NCBI RefSeq assembly: GCF_009914755.1
Contig: NC_060940.1
DNA from: the human T2T-CHM13v2.0 reference genome, Homo sapiens
Strand: one strand, 5' to 3'
DNA: 64,000 nucleotides
The notes beneath the pieces were generated by a model that did not search any database, was not told the origin of the DNA, and was given only the letters and a program-made list of their open reading frames with translations. Position 1 is the first letter of the stretch. Each line of letters begins with the position of its first letter. A program made the translations under genes and the position numbers. Shown here in pieces: positions 33,230 through 51,755 of the stretch.

Positions 33230-35250
33230 AAACAGGACGGCAGGTGGAGACGTGGGACAGAGGCGGGTGGAGAGAGAAGCCGGCGGGATCCAAGGCCCCA
33301 GGGCAGGCCCTGGCAGCGATGTGGCAGCCCCTCTGCAGTTTCCACGCTGGTAGTCGTGAAGTAAATTCTAGGCCCTGCTCCCCAACCGGCGCGGGCCGCC
33401 CTCGCCTTCAGCTCCAATGCTGCTGCGCCCCAGGCCGCCCCGCTCCTGGCAGGCCCCAGCCTCTGACTCAGCCCCCCGCCTAGCCCCTGAGAGCAGCCTC
33501 TCCGCGGGACTGGCCTGTGCGCGCGCGTCTGCGGCACCGTCGGACCAGGGGCCGCCCCCGAGCGGGGAGCCCAGGAGGACGGCCAGGTGGCCTGAGGCAG
33601 AGGCGCCAGGGAGGATGGAGAAGGGACACCCAGGGCCTAGGCGGGGTGGGGGCAGGGAGGGCGGCGGGACAGCAAGGAAGTGGGTGCACCTGGGTGACCC
33701 AGCTGCGCATGAGCGGGCAGGGGCTCGGGGCGCGCGGACTCCAGGCGCTGGACTGCGGCGTGGAGCAGCGCTGGGGAAACCGCGCCGGGTTCAGCGAGGA
33801 TTGCTGGGCGGGGCGCGCGAGGAGCGAAGCTGGCCGGGGGCGGGGCCTGAGTCGTGTCGGGGCGGGGCCTAGACCCGGGCTGGCCGTGGTGGGCGGGGCC
33901 TGAGTCGTGAAGGGGCGGGCCTTGCAGGGGCGGGGCCTCGAGGGGCGGAGCTTGCGGTGACCAGCGAGGGGGCGGGGCTTAGAGCCACTAAGAAGCGGGA
34001 CCCAGTGAGGGCTAAACGTGGGGCGCCGGGGGCGTGGCGCGGGGCGCAGGTGCACGCAGGTTGGCCGCGGGCGCGCGGGGTCCGGCGGGAGTCCCGGGGT
34101 GGTCCCCGCGTGGGGCCGGGGGCGTCCGCGCGGGCGGGGCGAGGTCGGGGAGGGCAGCTGCCCGCCCTCCTCGGCACTGGGAGCTTTCGGCTGGTACTGC
34201 GGGAGGAGCTCCCGGGTGACCCGCGGGTTCTGAAACCGCCGCTCGGGAGCTCGGGGCCTGCGCGGCGTCTACGGGGCGAGCGAGGGAGAACTGACGCCTT
34301 TCGCTCGGATCCTTCTCCCCTTCCGAGAACCAGGTAGGTCGCGTTTATTTTCAAGTCCGACTGTTTTCGCGGTAACATTTGTGAGAAACATCACGGTGGA
34401 TCCTGTGGGTCGCTGAGTTTTCTGACTCCCGGTTTGTCTTATTTTGCTTTGTCAGTGGGCTCTGCGCTCGCGTTAACAATTCGAATGGGCACGTTTCTGA
34501 GTTTAAGAACGCTGTTCGCTTCCTCACACTTAGATTGAGGTGGAACTCACGTCACATAAACCGGGTCGCAAGGCTCAGCTCAGCGGGGCCCCCCCACAGT
34601 GTTGCGGGACCAGCACCTTCTCGAGCTCCGGAACAGCTTCTACCCGCGCAGAGCCCGGCCCGTCGGCGGCCGCTCTCCGCGCCCCTCCCGGGCCCTGCAG
34701 CCCCCGCCCTGCTCCGCGGAGCAGCCTGTTCTGACCTCCGTTCCATGGAGCCCTACGTGCTGTGGCTTCTGTGTTCCGGCGCCTTTCGCTTAGAATCGCG
34801 TCTTAAAGGTTCGTCCGCGGTGGAGCGGGGATCAGGCCCGTGTTCCTTTTCAGGAGTGAATAATATTCCCTGGTATGGAGACTGCGCTGAGATAGGACCT
34901 GGGCCACCCCCTCTGATTATTTCCCGCCCACCCCTTCACTGGCGCCAGCCCCACGGAGACCTCGCAGGTGCCGTGAGAAAGTGGAGATGAGCAGAGTCTG
35001 GACGCATGCGCGGGGCCGGGAGGTGCCGGCCGCAGCCTGCGCCGTCTCCTAATGCGGAAATCTGCACCCAGGGCGGAACTCGCCGGTGTCTTCCGCGCGC
35101 GCACTGCACGTGTCGGCATCCTTTCTAGTGCGCCTGCGCAGCCAGCACCGCCTGCACCTGCGCTGACGCTCGCTGACAGCAGTACCCTCCTGGGAAGCCA
35201 CGCAGGACCCGTCTTCGGGAGCCCGAGAGCCTCCTTCCCGGGCGCCAGTC
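33230..35250. promoter_or_regulatory. Intergenic (orphan) CpG island with GC-box cluster
   Basis: ~2 kb CpG-dense; ~7 GGGGCGG(G/A)GC-type boxes at 33837-33978; no coding exons recognised nearby. Confidence 0.8.
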
Positions 35251-36068
35251 TTAATAAACTTTGTATGTGTGTGATGGAGCCTCGCTCTTTTGCCCAGGCT
35301 CACTGCAAACTCCGCCTCTCGGGTTCAGGCAATTCTCCCGCCTCAGCCTCCCTAGTAGCCGGGACTACAGGTGCCCGCCACCACATCCTGCAAATTTTTT
35401 TTTTTTTTTTTTTTGGTAGAGATGGGGTTTCACCATGTTGCCCAAGCTGGTCTCGAACTCCTGACCTCAGGTGATCCGCCCGCGTTGGCCTCCCAAAGTG
35501 CTGGGATTACAGGCATGAGCACCACGCCGGCCTTAATAGACGTTATCTGGGAGAAGTTTGTCGGGCCTCTTGTCGGTTTCTGTTGCGTGGCAAGGTAAGA
35601 ACCTGCAGCAGTAACAGCATGGAGACTGATTTCGCTTGTCCCTTTCTCTCTGGATGGACGCGTGGGTGGTTTCCACTCTGCCTTCTCTGAGGGTGCCACG
35701 AGGAACATTGAGTTCCTATTTTCAGTTCTTTAGGGTATAAACCTACGGTTCAAATCAGGAGGTCCTATGGTAATTCTGTGTTTAAATCTTTGTACCCTTT
35801 ACTTTTTCTTTTAAAGTACTTTTAAATTTTAATATTTTAAATGATGGAAAAATATACATAACATAAAACCTACCATTTAAACCATTTTTAGCTGAACAAT
35901 TCAGTGGCATTGAACTTACGTAACCATCATGGTGGTCTATTTCCAAATTTTTTCTTCCCAAAAAGAAAGCACGAGGCCGGGCGCGGTGGCTCACTCCTGT
36001 AATCCCAGCACTTTGGAAGGCCGAGGTGGGCAGATCACGAGGTCAGGAGATCGAGACCATCCTGGCTA

Positions 36069-36404
<336 letters not shown>

Positions 36405-36479
36405 CTAGCCTCATGTTCTCAAGGTTCATTCATCTGTGTTGCAGCCTCTTTCCATAATTGGTTCCATTTTATGAATATT

Positions 36480-36830
36480 GAAACTGGCCCAATTGTCCCA
36501 TAGAAGTGATGTTTATGGTTTCTTTTAAATAAACCTAGAAATTGGCCCTCTGAATCTTAGAACTTGAGAAAGTTACATTTGTCCTATCTGAGTTCCTTTC
36601 TCAGGAAACCAACCACTGGGCCTCCAGATCGCACCAAGAAGCTGAAATCCACCAGATCACAGCATCTGGACAATGAGATGAGAGACACCTCACCCTTCAT
36701 GATTGCCCAGCTGGCCACCTGCTCCCATTGACCAGCTCTTCCTTACCCTCCCTAATTCCCATTTTCTCACACACAGATGCATTTCTTCCCTGCTAAAAAC
36801 CCCTAATTTTAGGTGGTTGAGGTCATGGGG
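36480..36830 (+). mobile_element. MER4-group ERV1 LTR fragment
   Basis: TGAAAC start and GAGAAAGTTACATTTGTC...CAGGAAACCAACCA segments characteristic of MER4D/E-type LTRs (recognised by eye). Confidence 0.6.
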
Positions 36831-37268
36831 TGACTCTGAGTAACAGTCAGAGGAACCTCCAAATGGGTTTCCGAGGTGGCTGCTCTTTACATTCCCATGA
36901 GCAGTACAGGGGGCGCGGTTTCCCCACAGCCTTGCCGTCGCTTACCTCCCATTTTCAGTGATTTTATTTGAGAAACATACATTCACCCGTCCAAACCCAA
37001 GGAATAGACTCGGAGACTTGAGGAACAGGCGGAGCTCGCAGTGAGCCGAGATCGCACCTCTGCACTCCAGGAGGCTGAGGCAGGAGAATGGCGTGAACCC
37101 GGGAGGCGGAGCTTGCAGTGAGTCAAGATCCCACCTCTGCACTCCAGCCTGAGCAACAGAGCGAGACTCCGTCTCAAAAAAAAAAAAAAAAAAAAAAAAG
37201 GACCATTTAAAATGTTTTCTTACATTTTATTGTAGTAAAATACATGTAACATAAAACTTATTATGTAA

Positions 37269-37652
<384 letters not shown>

Positions 37653-38194
37653 TGAAATTGCTGGATCATGTAGTAGTTCCATTTTTAATTTGGAATCACC
37701 ACGGGGTTTTGGACAGCAGCTGCACCATTTTACATCCCACCCGCAGCATCTGTACATCCTCACAAAGGTTGTTACTCTCTGCGCTCTCCATGCTATTCCA
37801 CTGGTCTATATGTCTCTAAATGTCTGTTTTTCTTTTTTCTTTTTGAGATGGAGTCTCGCTCTGACTCCCAAGTTGGAGTGCAGTGGCACAATCTCAGCTC
37901 ACTGCAACCTCTGCCTCCTGGGTTCAAGTGACTCTCCTGCGTCAGCCTCCTGAGTAGCTGGGATTACAGGCTCCCACCACCACACGCAGCTAATTTTTGT
38001 ATTTTTAGTAGAGACGGGGTTTCACCATGTCGGCCAGGATGCTCTCAATCTCTTGACCTCGTGATCTGCCTGCCTCAGCCACCCAAAGTGTTGGGATTAC
38101 AGGCGTGAGCCACCGCGCCTGGCCACCGCCCGATTTTTTTTCTATTGATTTCCTGTTTTCAATTTCATTGATTTCTCTTCTAATTTTCATTTAG

Positions 38195-38617
<423 letters not shown>

Positions 38618-38733
38618 TAGCCAGGATGGTCTCGATCTCCTGACCTCGTGATCCACCCACCTCGGCCTCCCAAAGGGCTGGGATTACAGGCGTGAGCCAC
38701 CGCGCCCAGCCAGAAATATATATATATATTTAT

Positions 38734-38764
<31 letters not shown>

Positions 38765-38782
38765 TTTTTTTTTTTTTTTTGA

Positions 38783-39001
<219 letters not shown>

Positions 39002-39694
39002 TGATCCGCCGGCCTCTACCTCCCAGTGCTGGGATTACAGGCGTGAGCCACTGCACCCGGCCTCATTTAAAATATTTTTAAAGTTCTCTTGAGATTTCTT
39101 ATTTGACCCATGTGTTATTTAGAGGTGTGTTATTCAATCTCTAAGTATTCTGGCATTCTCCAGCTATCTTTCTCTTATTGATTGCTAGTGTAATTCCGTT
39201 GTGGTCTGAGAATGGACATTGCATGATTTCTATTGTTTTAAATTTGTTAAGGTGCGTTTTTACAGCCCAGAATGTGGCCTATGTGGGTGACTGTTCCAGG
39301 TGGGCTTAAGAAGAACAGGTATTCTGTCATTGGATGAAGCGGTCTGTAGGTGTCCATTATATCCAGTTGATGGATGGTCCTGTTGAGTTCAACATGTTCT
39401 TACTGAATTTCTGCCTGTTGGATCCACCCATTTTTGATAGAGGGGCACAGACGCCAACTATAACAGTGAATTCATCTGTTTCTCCCCATAGCTCTCTCTC
39501 TAAACAAGTTCTTCTAACACGTCATGCAACACAGGCCTACTGGTAACAAATTTCTTAAATTTATGTCTGAGAAAGTCTTTATTTGTCCTTTAGTTTTGAC
39601 AGATAATTTTTCAGGGTATAGATTCCTGGGCTGGTGGTTATCTTGTCCAAGCACTTTAAATATTTCCCTCATTTCGGCCAGGCGAGGTGGCTCA

Positions 39695-40150
<456 letters not shown>

Positions 40151-41287
40151 TCACACCTGTAAATTCCTAGCATTCTGGGGGGCCGATTGCTTGAGCCCAG
40201 GGGTTCATGACTAGCCCGTCTTAAATAGTGAGACCCCATCTCTACAAAAAATAACAAAATTAGCCAGGCATGGTGGTGTGCACCTCTAGTCCTAGCTACT
40301 CAGGAGGCTGAGGCAGGAGGATTGCTTACGCCTAGGAGTTGGTGGTTACGATGAGCCATGATGGAAGCACTGTACTCCAGCCTGGGCAACAGAGCGAGTC
40401 CCTGTCTCCCATAATGAGGAAGTGGTGAGGTCTGGGGAGGAGAGGTGTTCTGTAGCCCTGTGATCAGGCCTCCATCTTTGATGAGCCTTTGCCCTTCACA
40501 AGCTCTCAGCTGTCCCCCGCCACCACCCTTAGAGGCGGAGAATGGCTACAGTGGACTTTGCTGTATTTCCCTCCCCTAGGTTAGTTAGGCCCTCAAGACC
40601 CCAATAGCTTAGACTCTGGTTAAACTGGTTCTCCTGAGGGCGGATTTCTTTTTTCTTTTTTTAAGTTCTGGGACACATGTGCAGAACGTGCAGGTTTGTT
40701 ACCTAGGTGTACACGTGCCATGCTGGTTTGCTGCCCCTCTCAACCTGTCATCTAGGTTTTAAGCCCCGGACGCATTAGGTGTTTGTTCTCATGCTCGCCC
40801 TCCCCTTGCCCCCACCCACCGACAGGCCCCGGTGTGTGATGTTCCCCTCCCTGTGTCCATGTGCTTTCATTGTTCAACTCCCACTTATGAGTGAGAAAAT
40901 GGGGTGTTTGGTTTCCTGTTCCTGTGTTGGTTTGCTGAGAATGATGGTTTCCAGCTTCATCCCTGTCCCTGCGAAGGACATGAACCCATTCTTTTCCTAA
41001 AGAGGGCAGAGCACTCTGGCGTATTTCAAAATGGTCCCTTCTCCCCTGTCTCTGCTAGAGCCCTGAGGGGGTTTTCTCTGATTTTCGCTGTGAGAACCTG
41101 GCAGCATTCCAGGAAGTAAAATTCACAAGAGCATGGAGACCTCCTGTGAGTGGGTCTTCCCGGGAGTCCTTAGCTCTCAGACTTGTCCACATGCTACTGA
41201 GAAAGCCGGTTGCCCAAAAGATGGGGTCCTTCCCTGTTTGGTGTCACGAAGCCGATACATGAAACCGAAGCCGACTTTATTCAGTGA

Positions 41288-41734
<447 letters not shown>

Positions 41735-42427
41735 TAGTAGAGACGGGGTTTCAACGTGTTAGCCAGGATGGTCTCGATCTCCTGACCTCGTGATCCGCCC
41801 GCTTCGGCCTCCCAAAGTGCTGGGATTATGGGCATGAGCCACCGCGCCCAGCCGGGTGTCCTGTTTCTTAAACACAGTTGGCAAAGGGTAGAAGTTCAGC
41901 AACGCAGGCATCGCACCAGGTCACACACACCCAGCCCCAGCACTTCGTCATCTGGTTCAGGTTTTCCAGCCCTGGATCCTGTGGAGGTGTCAGCCCCAGT
42001 CTGCTGAGTCTGTCTCCTGATCTGGGGCAGCGGTTTGCCCTGTGGCCTTTCCTCTCTCACAGACCTAAGAAGGACCGTCGATATTTTCCAGCCTGTTTAG
42101 CCTTTTACTTGTTGGGATAGAATATGGCCAGTTCCAAACTTCCTACCTGCTGGAGACCTGGGGTCCACACGTTTCCTTAACACCATCATCTTTCTCCTCT
42201 CCTGAAATTCCAAAGACGGGAATGTCAGGCCTTTTGTTGTTCTGCAGCTACCTGAGGGTCTAGTCTTTTTTTTTTTTTTTCTGACATAATAACACTTTAT
42301 TTGAAAATATGAAACTGGCGGGACAAGAGAAATAAAATTTAAAAAATAAAACAAGTCCAGGCGGGGTGGCTCACGCCTATTATCCCAGCACTTTGGGAGG
42401 CTGAGGCGGGCGGATCACCTGAGGTCA

Positions 42428-42649
<222 letters not shown>

Positions 42650-43179
42650 CTAGGGCCGGGCGCCATGGCTCTCGCCTGTAATCCCAGCACTTTGGGAGGC
42701 TGAGGCAGGCGGATCACAAGGTCAGGAGATCGAGACCATCCTGGCTAACATGGTGAAACCCCGTCTCTACTAAAAATACAAAAATGAGCCAGGCGTGGTG
42801 GTGGGCACCTGTAGTCCCAGACACTCGGGAGGCTGAGGCAGGAGCATGGTGTGAACCCGGGAGACGGGGCTTGCAGTGAGCCGAGATGGCGCCACTCCAG
42901 CCCGGGCGACAGAGCGAGACTCCGTCTCAAAACAAAACAAAACGAACTAATTAAACAAAACAACAAAAGAAAACCTGGCATCAGTCCTGGTCACTGTGCT
43001 CACGCCAGCCTCTCCATCCCGGCTCCTCTTCCAACTCTGCTTCCTGCTTCAGTGACTCGGATGTCGCCCTTCGCCCCATGCCCAGGAAACCGGAGGTGGC
43101 AGTGGGGGAAGGGAGGGAGGCGTGGAGAAGATACCCTGTCACCATCTCCATGCCCCTCCCCGGGACCACACAGGTCGCC

Positions 43180-44030
43180 TGGGCCCTGACCAAATGGTTC
43201 GTTGTCCGCCAAGCCAGACAGCAGGGCAGGCGCGCTCTGTGCAAAACCGAGTCGTGTGCGGGCCCAGGGTGGCGCTCGGGGCGCTTCCAGCGCACGTCAC
43301 CTCATCTGCGTCGTCACCACTGTCGCCTCCGAAAGCGCATTCCGTCGTCAAAATACACCACGAGGTCCCGGGTGCCCTCACCGCCCTCCCCTTCCTCGCC
43401 CTCTCGTCGTTGCTGTTGGGACGGGCTCTCGTCGCCCGCGCTGGGGCGCAGTGACTCAGTGTGACTCAGGCCTCGCCCGCGCTCGGGCTCACGGAGCAGC
43501 TGGGACGACGGGCGTGAGCGCAGAAGCCGCAGAGCCCCTCGCGCGCCTCGCGGGGGTGTGGTGGGGGGTGGCCGCCTCCGGGGACGGGCGGGCTGCGGGG
43601 CTCCGACCCCGCGGCAGCGTCTCGCGGCGCCTGAGGCCCCGGTGGGCGTGGGTTCCAGGCTGCACGGCTGGTTTGCCGTCTGGGGGTGGTTTGTGCTGGG
43701 ACCCCCGCCTCGCCGCAAGGACCGACGCTTTCCGTATCCCGGGTTCCTGCTTCGGTGTACCGGCAGAATCTGATCACGCGTGGCCTGGAGAATGCGCCCA
43801 GGGTCGTATTGCCTGGAAGGAGCTCTCAGCCGCTGGGGGAGCCGGAAGGGAGACGGTTCTGCCCTGGACGCGGGCTGCTCGGCGGCCCCGGCTCTCCTCC
43901 AACCGGCCAAACCCCGCCTGGTCCCGCCGCCGGTGGCTGCTGCTCCCTCGCCGTCTTCCTGCCGAGCAGCCGCTGGCGTCTTCTTCCACTGATCTGCTCC
44001 TCTCCACGTCCGGCTGCCTTGTCGGCCTGC
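43180..44030. promoter_or_regulatory. Second intergenic CpG island with tandem AP-1 sites
   Basis: CpG-dense; TGACTCA at 43452-43458 and 43462-43468. Confidence 0.7.
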
Positions 44031-44190
44031 TAGGGTCTTGGGTTTTTATAGTACCAGGATGGGGGCATGGCGGGCCAGGGTGGTCTTGGAAAATGCAACA
44101 TTTGGGCAGGAGAGCAGGAGAGCCTGTCCTCACCGAGGCCGGGGACCCTCCTTTCTCTACCCAGCACTTCCCTGCCCCCCTCTCGTATCA
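43790..44190 (-). mobile_element. LTR1/LTR28/MER52-group ERV1 LTR fragment
   Basis: Minus strand starts TGATACG...GGGAAGTGCTGGGTAGAG and contains CCCAAATGTTGCATTT and TATAAAAACCC. Confidence 0.7.
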
Positions 44191-44846
44191 CCACCACGCC
44201 CCGGCTATTTTTTGTATTTTCTGTAGAGACTGGGTCTTGCTGTGTTGCCCAGGCTGGTCTCGAACTCCTGGACTCAAGTGATCCTCCTGCCTCGGCCCCC
44301 CAGACTGCTGGGATCACAGGCGTGAGCCAACGTGCCCGCCTCCCTCGTGATCTCTTTCTTGACTGATTGGTTATTTAAGAGTGTGGTACTTAATTTTCAT
44401 GTTTTTGATTTTTCCAAATTCTCTCCTGTTACTGATTCCTAACTTCATTCTGCTGTGGTTGGAGAGCACGCTTTGTATTATTGCCGTCCGTTTTAATTCT
44501 CCAACGTGTGATCTGTGGCCTAACATAGAGTCTTTTTGGAGAAGAATCCTGTGCACTGGGAGGAAAGTCTGTTTTTCTGTCACCAGGTGGAGTGGTCTGG
44601 AGGCATCTCAGGAGCAGTTAGTGCTATTCAGGTCTTCTGTTTCCCGGTGTGTTTTCTTCCTGTTGTTAGATCCACGATGGAAAGTGAAGGCACTGAAGTC
44701 TCCAGCCATTATTGTTGAACTGTCCAGTTATCCTCTTTATTTTTATTTTTTTATTGAGTCTGGGTTTTCCGGAATGGTTATCCTTTTATAATCCATTCTG
44801 CCGATCTCTGCCTTTTAATTGGAAGGTGTAATCCATTTGCGGTTAA

Positions 44847-47902
<3,056 letters not shown>

Positions 47903-48508
47903 TTAAAGCAACATGATGAGACCAGTTGTTCTTATCCCCCAGGTTTTGTTACTTTGTGGTTTGGTTGCTGCTTCTGTGTGTTTAGTGACTTTTCTGGACT
48001 AATTCTCTACTCCCTTTGCTGTGTGACCAGTGAACGCTCTGTACTGTACAGTTTCCTTAAATGCCTCGATTCAGTGAGTCTTTTTTCCCTGGCTGGGAGG
48101 CTTTTCCAGCAGTTTCCAGCTCTGCTGTAGCTTTCGCTTTCTGTTTGCACAAGGCCTCAATCAGCCAAGGGGAGATCAGAGAATGTTCTGTCCCTTCCTG
48201 GCCGTGCGTACAGACCCACACGTGCCCAGGGCTTTCCGTGTCCCCAGGAAAATGTCAGTGCTGCCCGGGTCCCCACAGGCGCCTCGTTCCTCACCTCGTC
48301 CTTTCTGGGCAGGTGCCGGCTGCCCCAGTGGGTAGTGCCTTGGACAGCTGTGTGGTTAAACGGTGCCACTGATTGTTTCTGACCAATGCTGTGGAAAGGG
48401 GGCTTTTCTCACTGAGCGAACTGCAGGGCAGGCCAGATATCACAGGCCTATGAATGCTTTCCAGGGAGCTGCCAGAGGTGAGATTGAAGCAGGCTGTTTC
48501 ACCGGAGT

Positions 48509-49390
48509 CGTAATGGGGTGCCTGGTTTACTCAGCCTGCCGCCCTCAACCCCTCGCGGAGGGAGTGTGTGGGCCAATGAGGCAGGACTGGAGTGCAGGAT
48601 CGCTGGAACTGGCCGGCTGTTTAGGCACCGGTGGGTTCAAACTCCACTCACTTGGACCCTCTGTGCTCCACCCCTTGCAGGAGGGTGAGCAGGTGCAGGA
48701 GCTGGAGCAGGTGCTTTTGGGTGCCGGCAGCAGTGAACTCTGTGCAGGCCCCGTGCAGCATCCAGGGCCGGGGTACCTGTGCCCCCCAAAGCCCCAGAGG
48801 GCGTGTTACGGGGCTCCTTTAGCTCTGCCGTCCACAGACAGCTGAAGTGTTAACAGCTCAGTGGACCCTCTGCCTTTTCGCGTGAGGCTGCCGGTGAGAG
48901 GCAAAGGGCCGGTGTGACCGCCTTTTGTATCCACCTGTGGCTCTAGAGCTCGTCTGGCATCCAGGAAAAATGAGGTTACGCAAACGAATTGAAGGATGGT
49001 AAATGTGGGGGATTTTATTGCTGATGAAAGTGGCTGTCAGCAGGAAGGGGAGCTGGAAAGGGGATGGGGCGGGAAGGTAATCTTCCCCTGAAGTCTGGCC
49101 ACATCTGTGTCTGCAGATGGATTCTTCTCTGAAGTGACACCGTCAAGCTGTCCCTTAACATCCAGCTGCTTCTCCTCTCTGCTGGCTGAGTCTGGGGCCT
49201 TTATAGACACAGGATGGCGGGGGGCAGGGTGGGACCATGGTGGTTTAGGAACAGGCAACATGAGGGCAGGAAAGCAGGGATGGCAGTTCTCAAGGTGGGC
49301 CATGGTCTCAGGCATTTCAGCTTGAGGGTGGGGCTTCACCAGGAACCTGCCCCTGTCTGCCTAGAATTTCTCTACCTCCTGTCCCCATCA
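48509..49390 (-). mobile_element. MER52/LTR27-like ERV1 solo LTR
   Basis: Minus strand starts TGATGGGGACAGGAGGTAGAGAAATTCTAGGCAGACAGG; internal TATAAAAG and AATAAA signals. Confidence 0.7.
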
Positions 49391-49439
49391 AGATGGCAAC
49401 AGCTCTCTCTGGGGTGGGACTTTTGGGGGCTCATACTGA

Positions 49440-49899
<460 letters not shown>

Positions 49900-51580
49900 T
49901 AGTTAATAATTTCCAGAGTTCTGAAAAAGTTAATTTTGACAATTTTTTCCCTAGTGGTGTCATTGCTTTTCTCGAGGAGGGATTTTCAGAGGGACTTGCT
50001 ACCCTGGAAGTCCTGCGTCCTTTCTGTCATATCAGCTCACCCCCTCAGAGGTTCTGACCTGGGACATAATCAGTCTCTATGTAGCTGCTTTGAATTGTCA
50101 TTTATTTCCCCTTTTCTTAATTGTGGGGGTCTTGACTGCAGGGTAAATGGCTCTGGCTGCTGCGATTTTAACTTGGTATCTTTCCTTTTTCTTTCTTTTT
50201 GGAGACGGAGTTTCGCTCTTCTGGCCCAGCCTGGAGTCCAGTGGCACGAACTCGGCTCACTGCAACCTCCCTCCCCGCCTCCCGGGTTCAAGCGATTCTC
50301 CTGCCTCAGCCTCCTGAGTAGCTGGCATTACAGACTTGTGCCACCACACCCAGCTAATTTTATATTTTTAGTACAGACAGGGTTTCTCCATGTTGGCCAG
50401 GCTGGTCTTGAACTCCTGACCTCGTGATCCACCTGCCTCAGCCTCCCAAAGTGCTGGGATTACAGGCGTGAGCCACCACACCCGGCTGGTATCTTTTTTT
50501 TTTTTTTTTTTTTGAAGACAGAGTCTTGCTCTGTCCCCCAGGCTGGAGCAACCATCACAGCTCACCGCAGCCTCAGCCTCCTGGGCTCAGGCGATCCTCC
50601 CGCCTCAGCCTCCCGAGTACCTGGGACCGCAGACGCGCTCCACCATGCCTGTTCTTTGTTGTTGTTGTTGAGACAGGGTCTCATTATGTTGTCCAGGCTG
50701 GACATGAACTCCTGGGCTCAAGCATCCTCCTGCCTTGGCTTCCTGTTGTGATTATAGGTGTGAAATACTACACCCAGCCTGATTTTTGGTTTTAGAGACA
50801 GGATCTTGCTGAGCTGCCCAGGTGGGAAGGCAATGGCTGTTCGCAGGCTCACTCACGGTGCACTACCGCCGTGAGCTCCTGGACTCAAGTGATCCTCCTG
50901 CTGCAGCCTCCCAAGCAGCTGGGACCACAGGTGTGAGCCATGTTTCCAGTTTATCACAGGTAATTTCAGATGTGAGTGACGTTCTGTGCCCAGTAATGGG
51001 GCTTTTGGGGTTTATACCACTGCACTCCCCCAGCTGTGGTGTACAACTTGCACCTCGTCCCTGAGCTCTTGCTGATGCCACAGCTGAGCTCTTGCTGATG
51101 CCACGGCTGCCTTCTCACTGCCTGTGGGTCCCTCTCTCTAGCTTCAGTATTTCATTCTGCTTTCCAACAGAGCCAAGCTGGGCCCAGTTCCTTCTACTCT
51201 CCTGTGAGACTGTCTTCGCTGTCCCCCAGCGGGAAGGAGGAAAGCAGCTCCCTGGTGTGGGGGGAGGTGGGTGGAGGTTGTGTGCGGCTCCACGTGCTGG
51301 GGCCCTTCCCCTCCTGCCAGGCTCAGGCCCAGGCCCAGCTGCCGCTTGGAAATGGCGACCCCTGAATGGAGACCTGTCTTGCCAGATGCTGCACGGTCTC
51401 CTGGGCAGAGCAGGCGCTCTCTGTGCGGGGAGCTGACGGCTCACGGGCTTTCCACAAAAACCTCTCACCTCCTTCCAGGTTTTACAAAAGCCACCAGCTT
51501 CTCTTCTACAGCAGCAAAAGCCGCCATATTTCTTTCCTTTTTCTGTTGAAGCCTGGGGCCTTACGCCTTGGCAAGGTGTC

Positions 51581-51755
51581 AGCTTCCCTGAGAGGGGGAC
51601 CCTGTGCCAGAAAGGGGTGCCAGCTTCCCTAAGAGGGGGACCCTCGGCTGGGGAGGGGCACCGGCTTCCCTGAGGGGGAACCCTGTGTCGGGGAGGGGCG
51701 CCAGCTTCCCTGAGAGGGGGACCCTGTGCCAGGGAGGGGTGCTGGCTTCCCTGAA
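51581..51755. repeat. 41-bp G-rich tandem repeat, ~4.3 copies
   Basis: (A/G)GCTTCCCT recurs at ~51581, 51622, 51663, 51704 and 51745. Confidence 0.85.

Noticed and set aside
43202-44281. 359-aa ORF
   Set aside because: Non-ATG start; runs through CpG island, LTR and Alu; compositionally biased.
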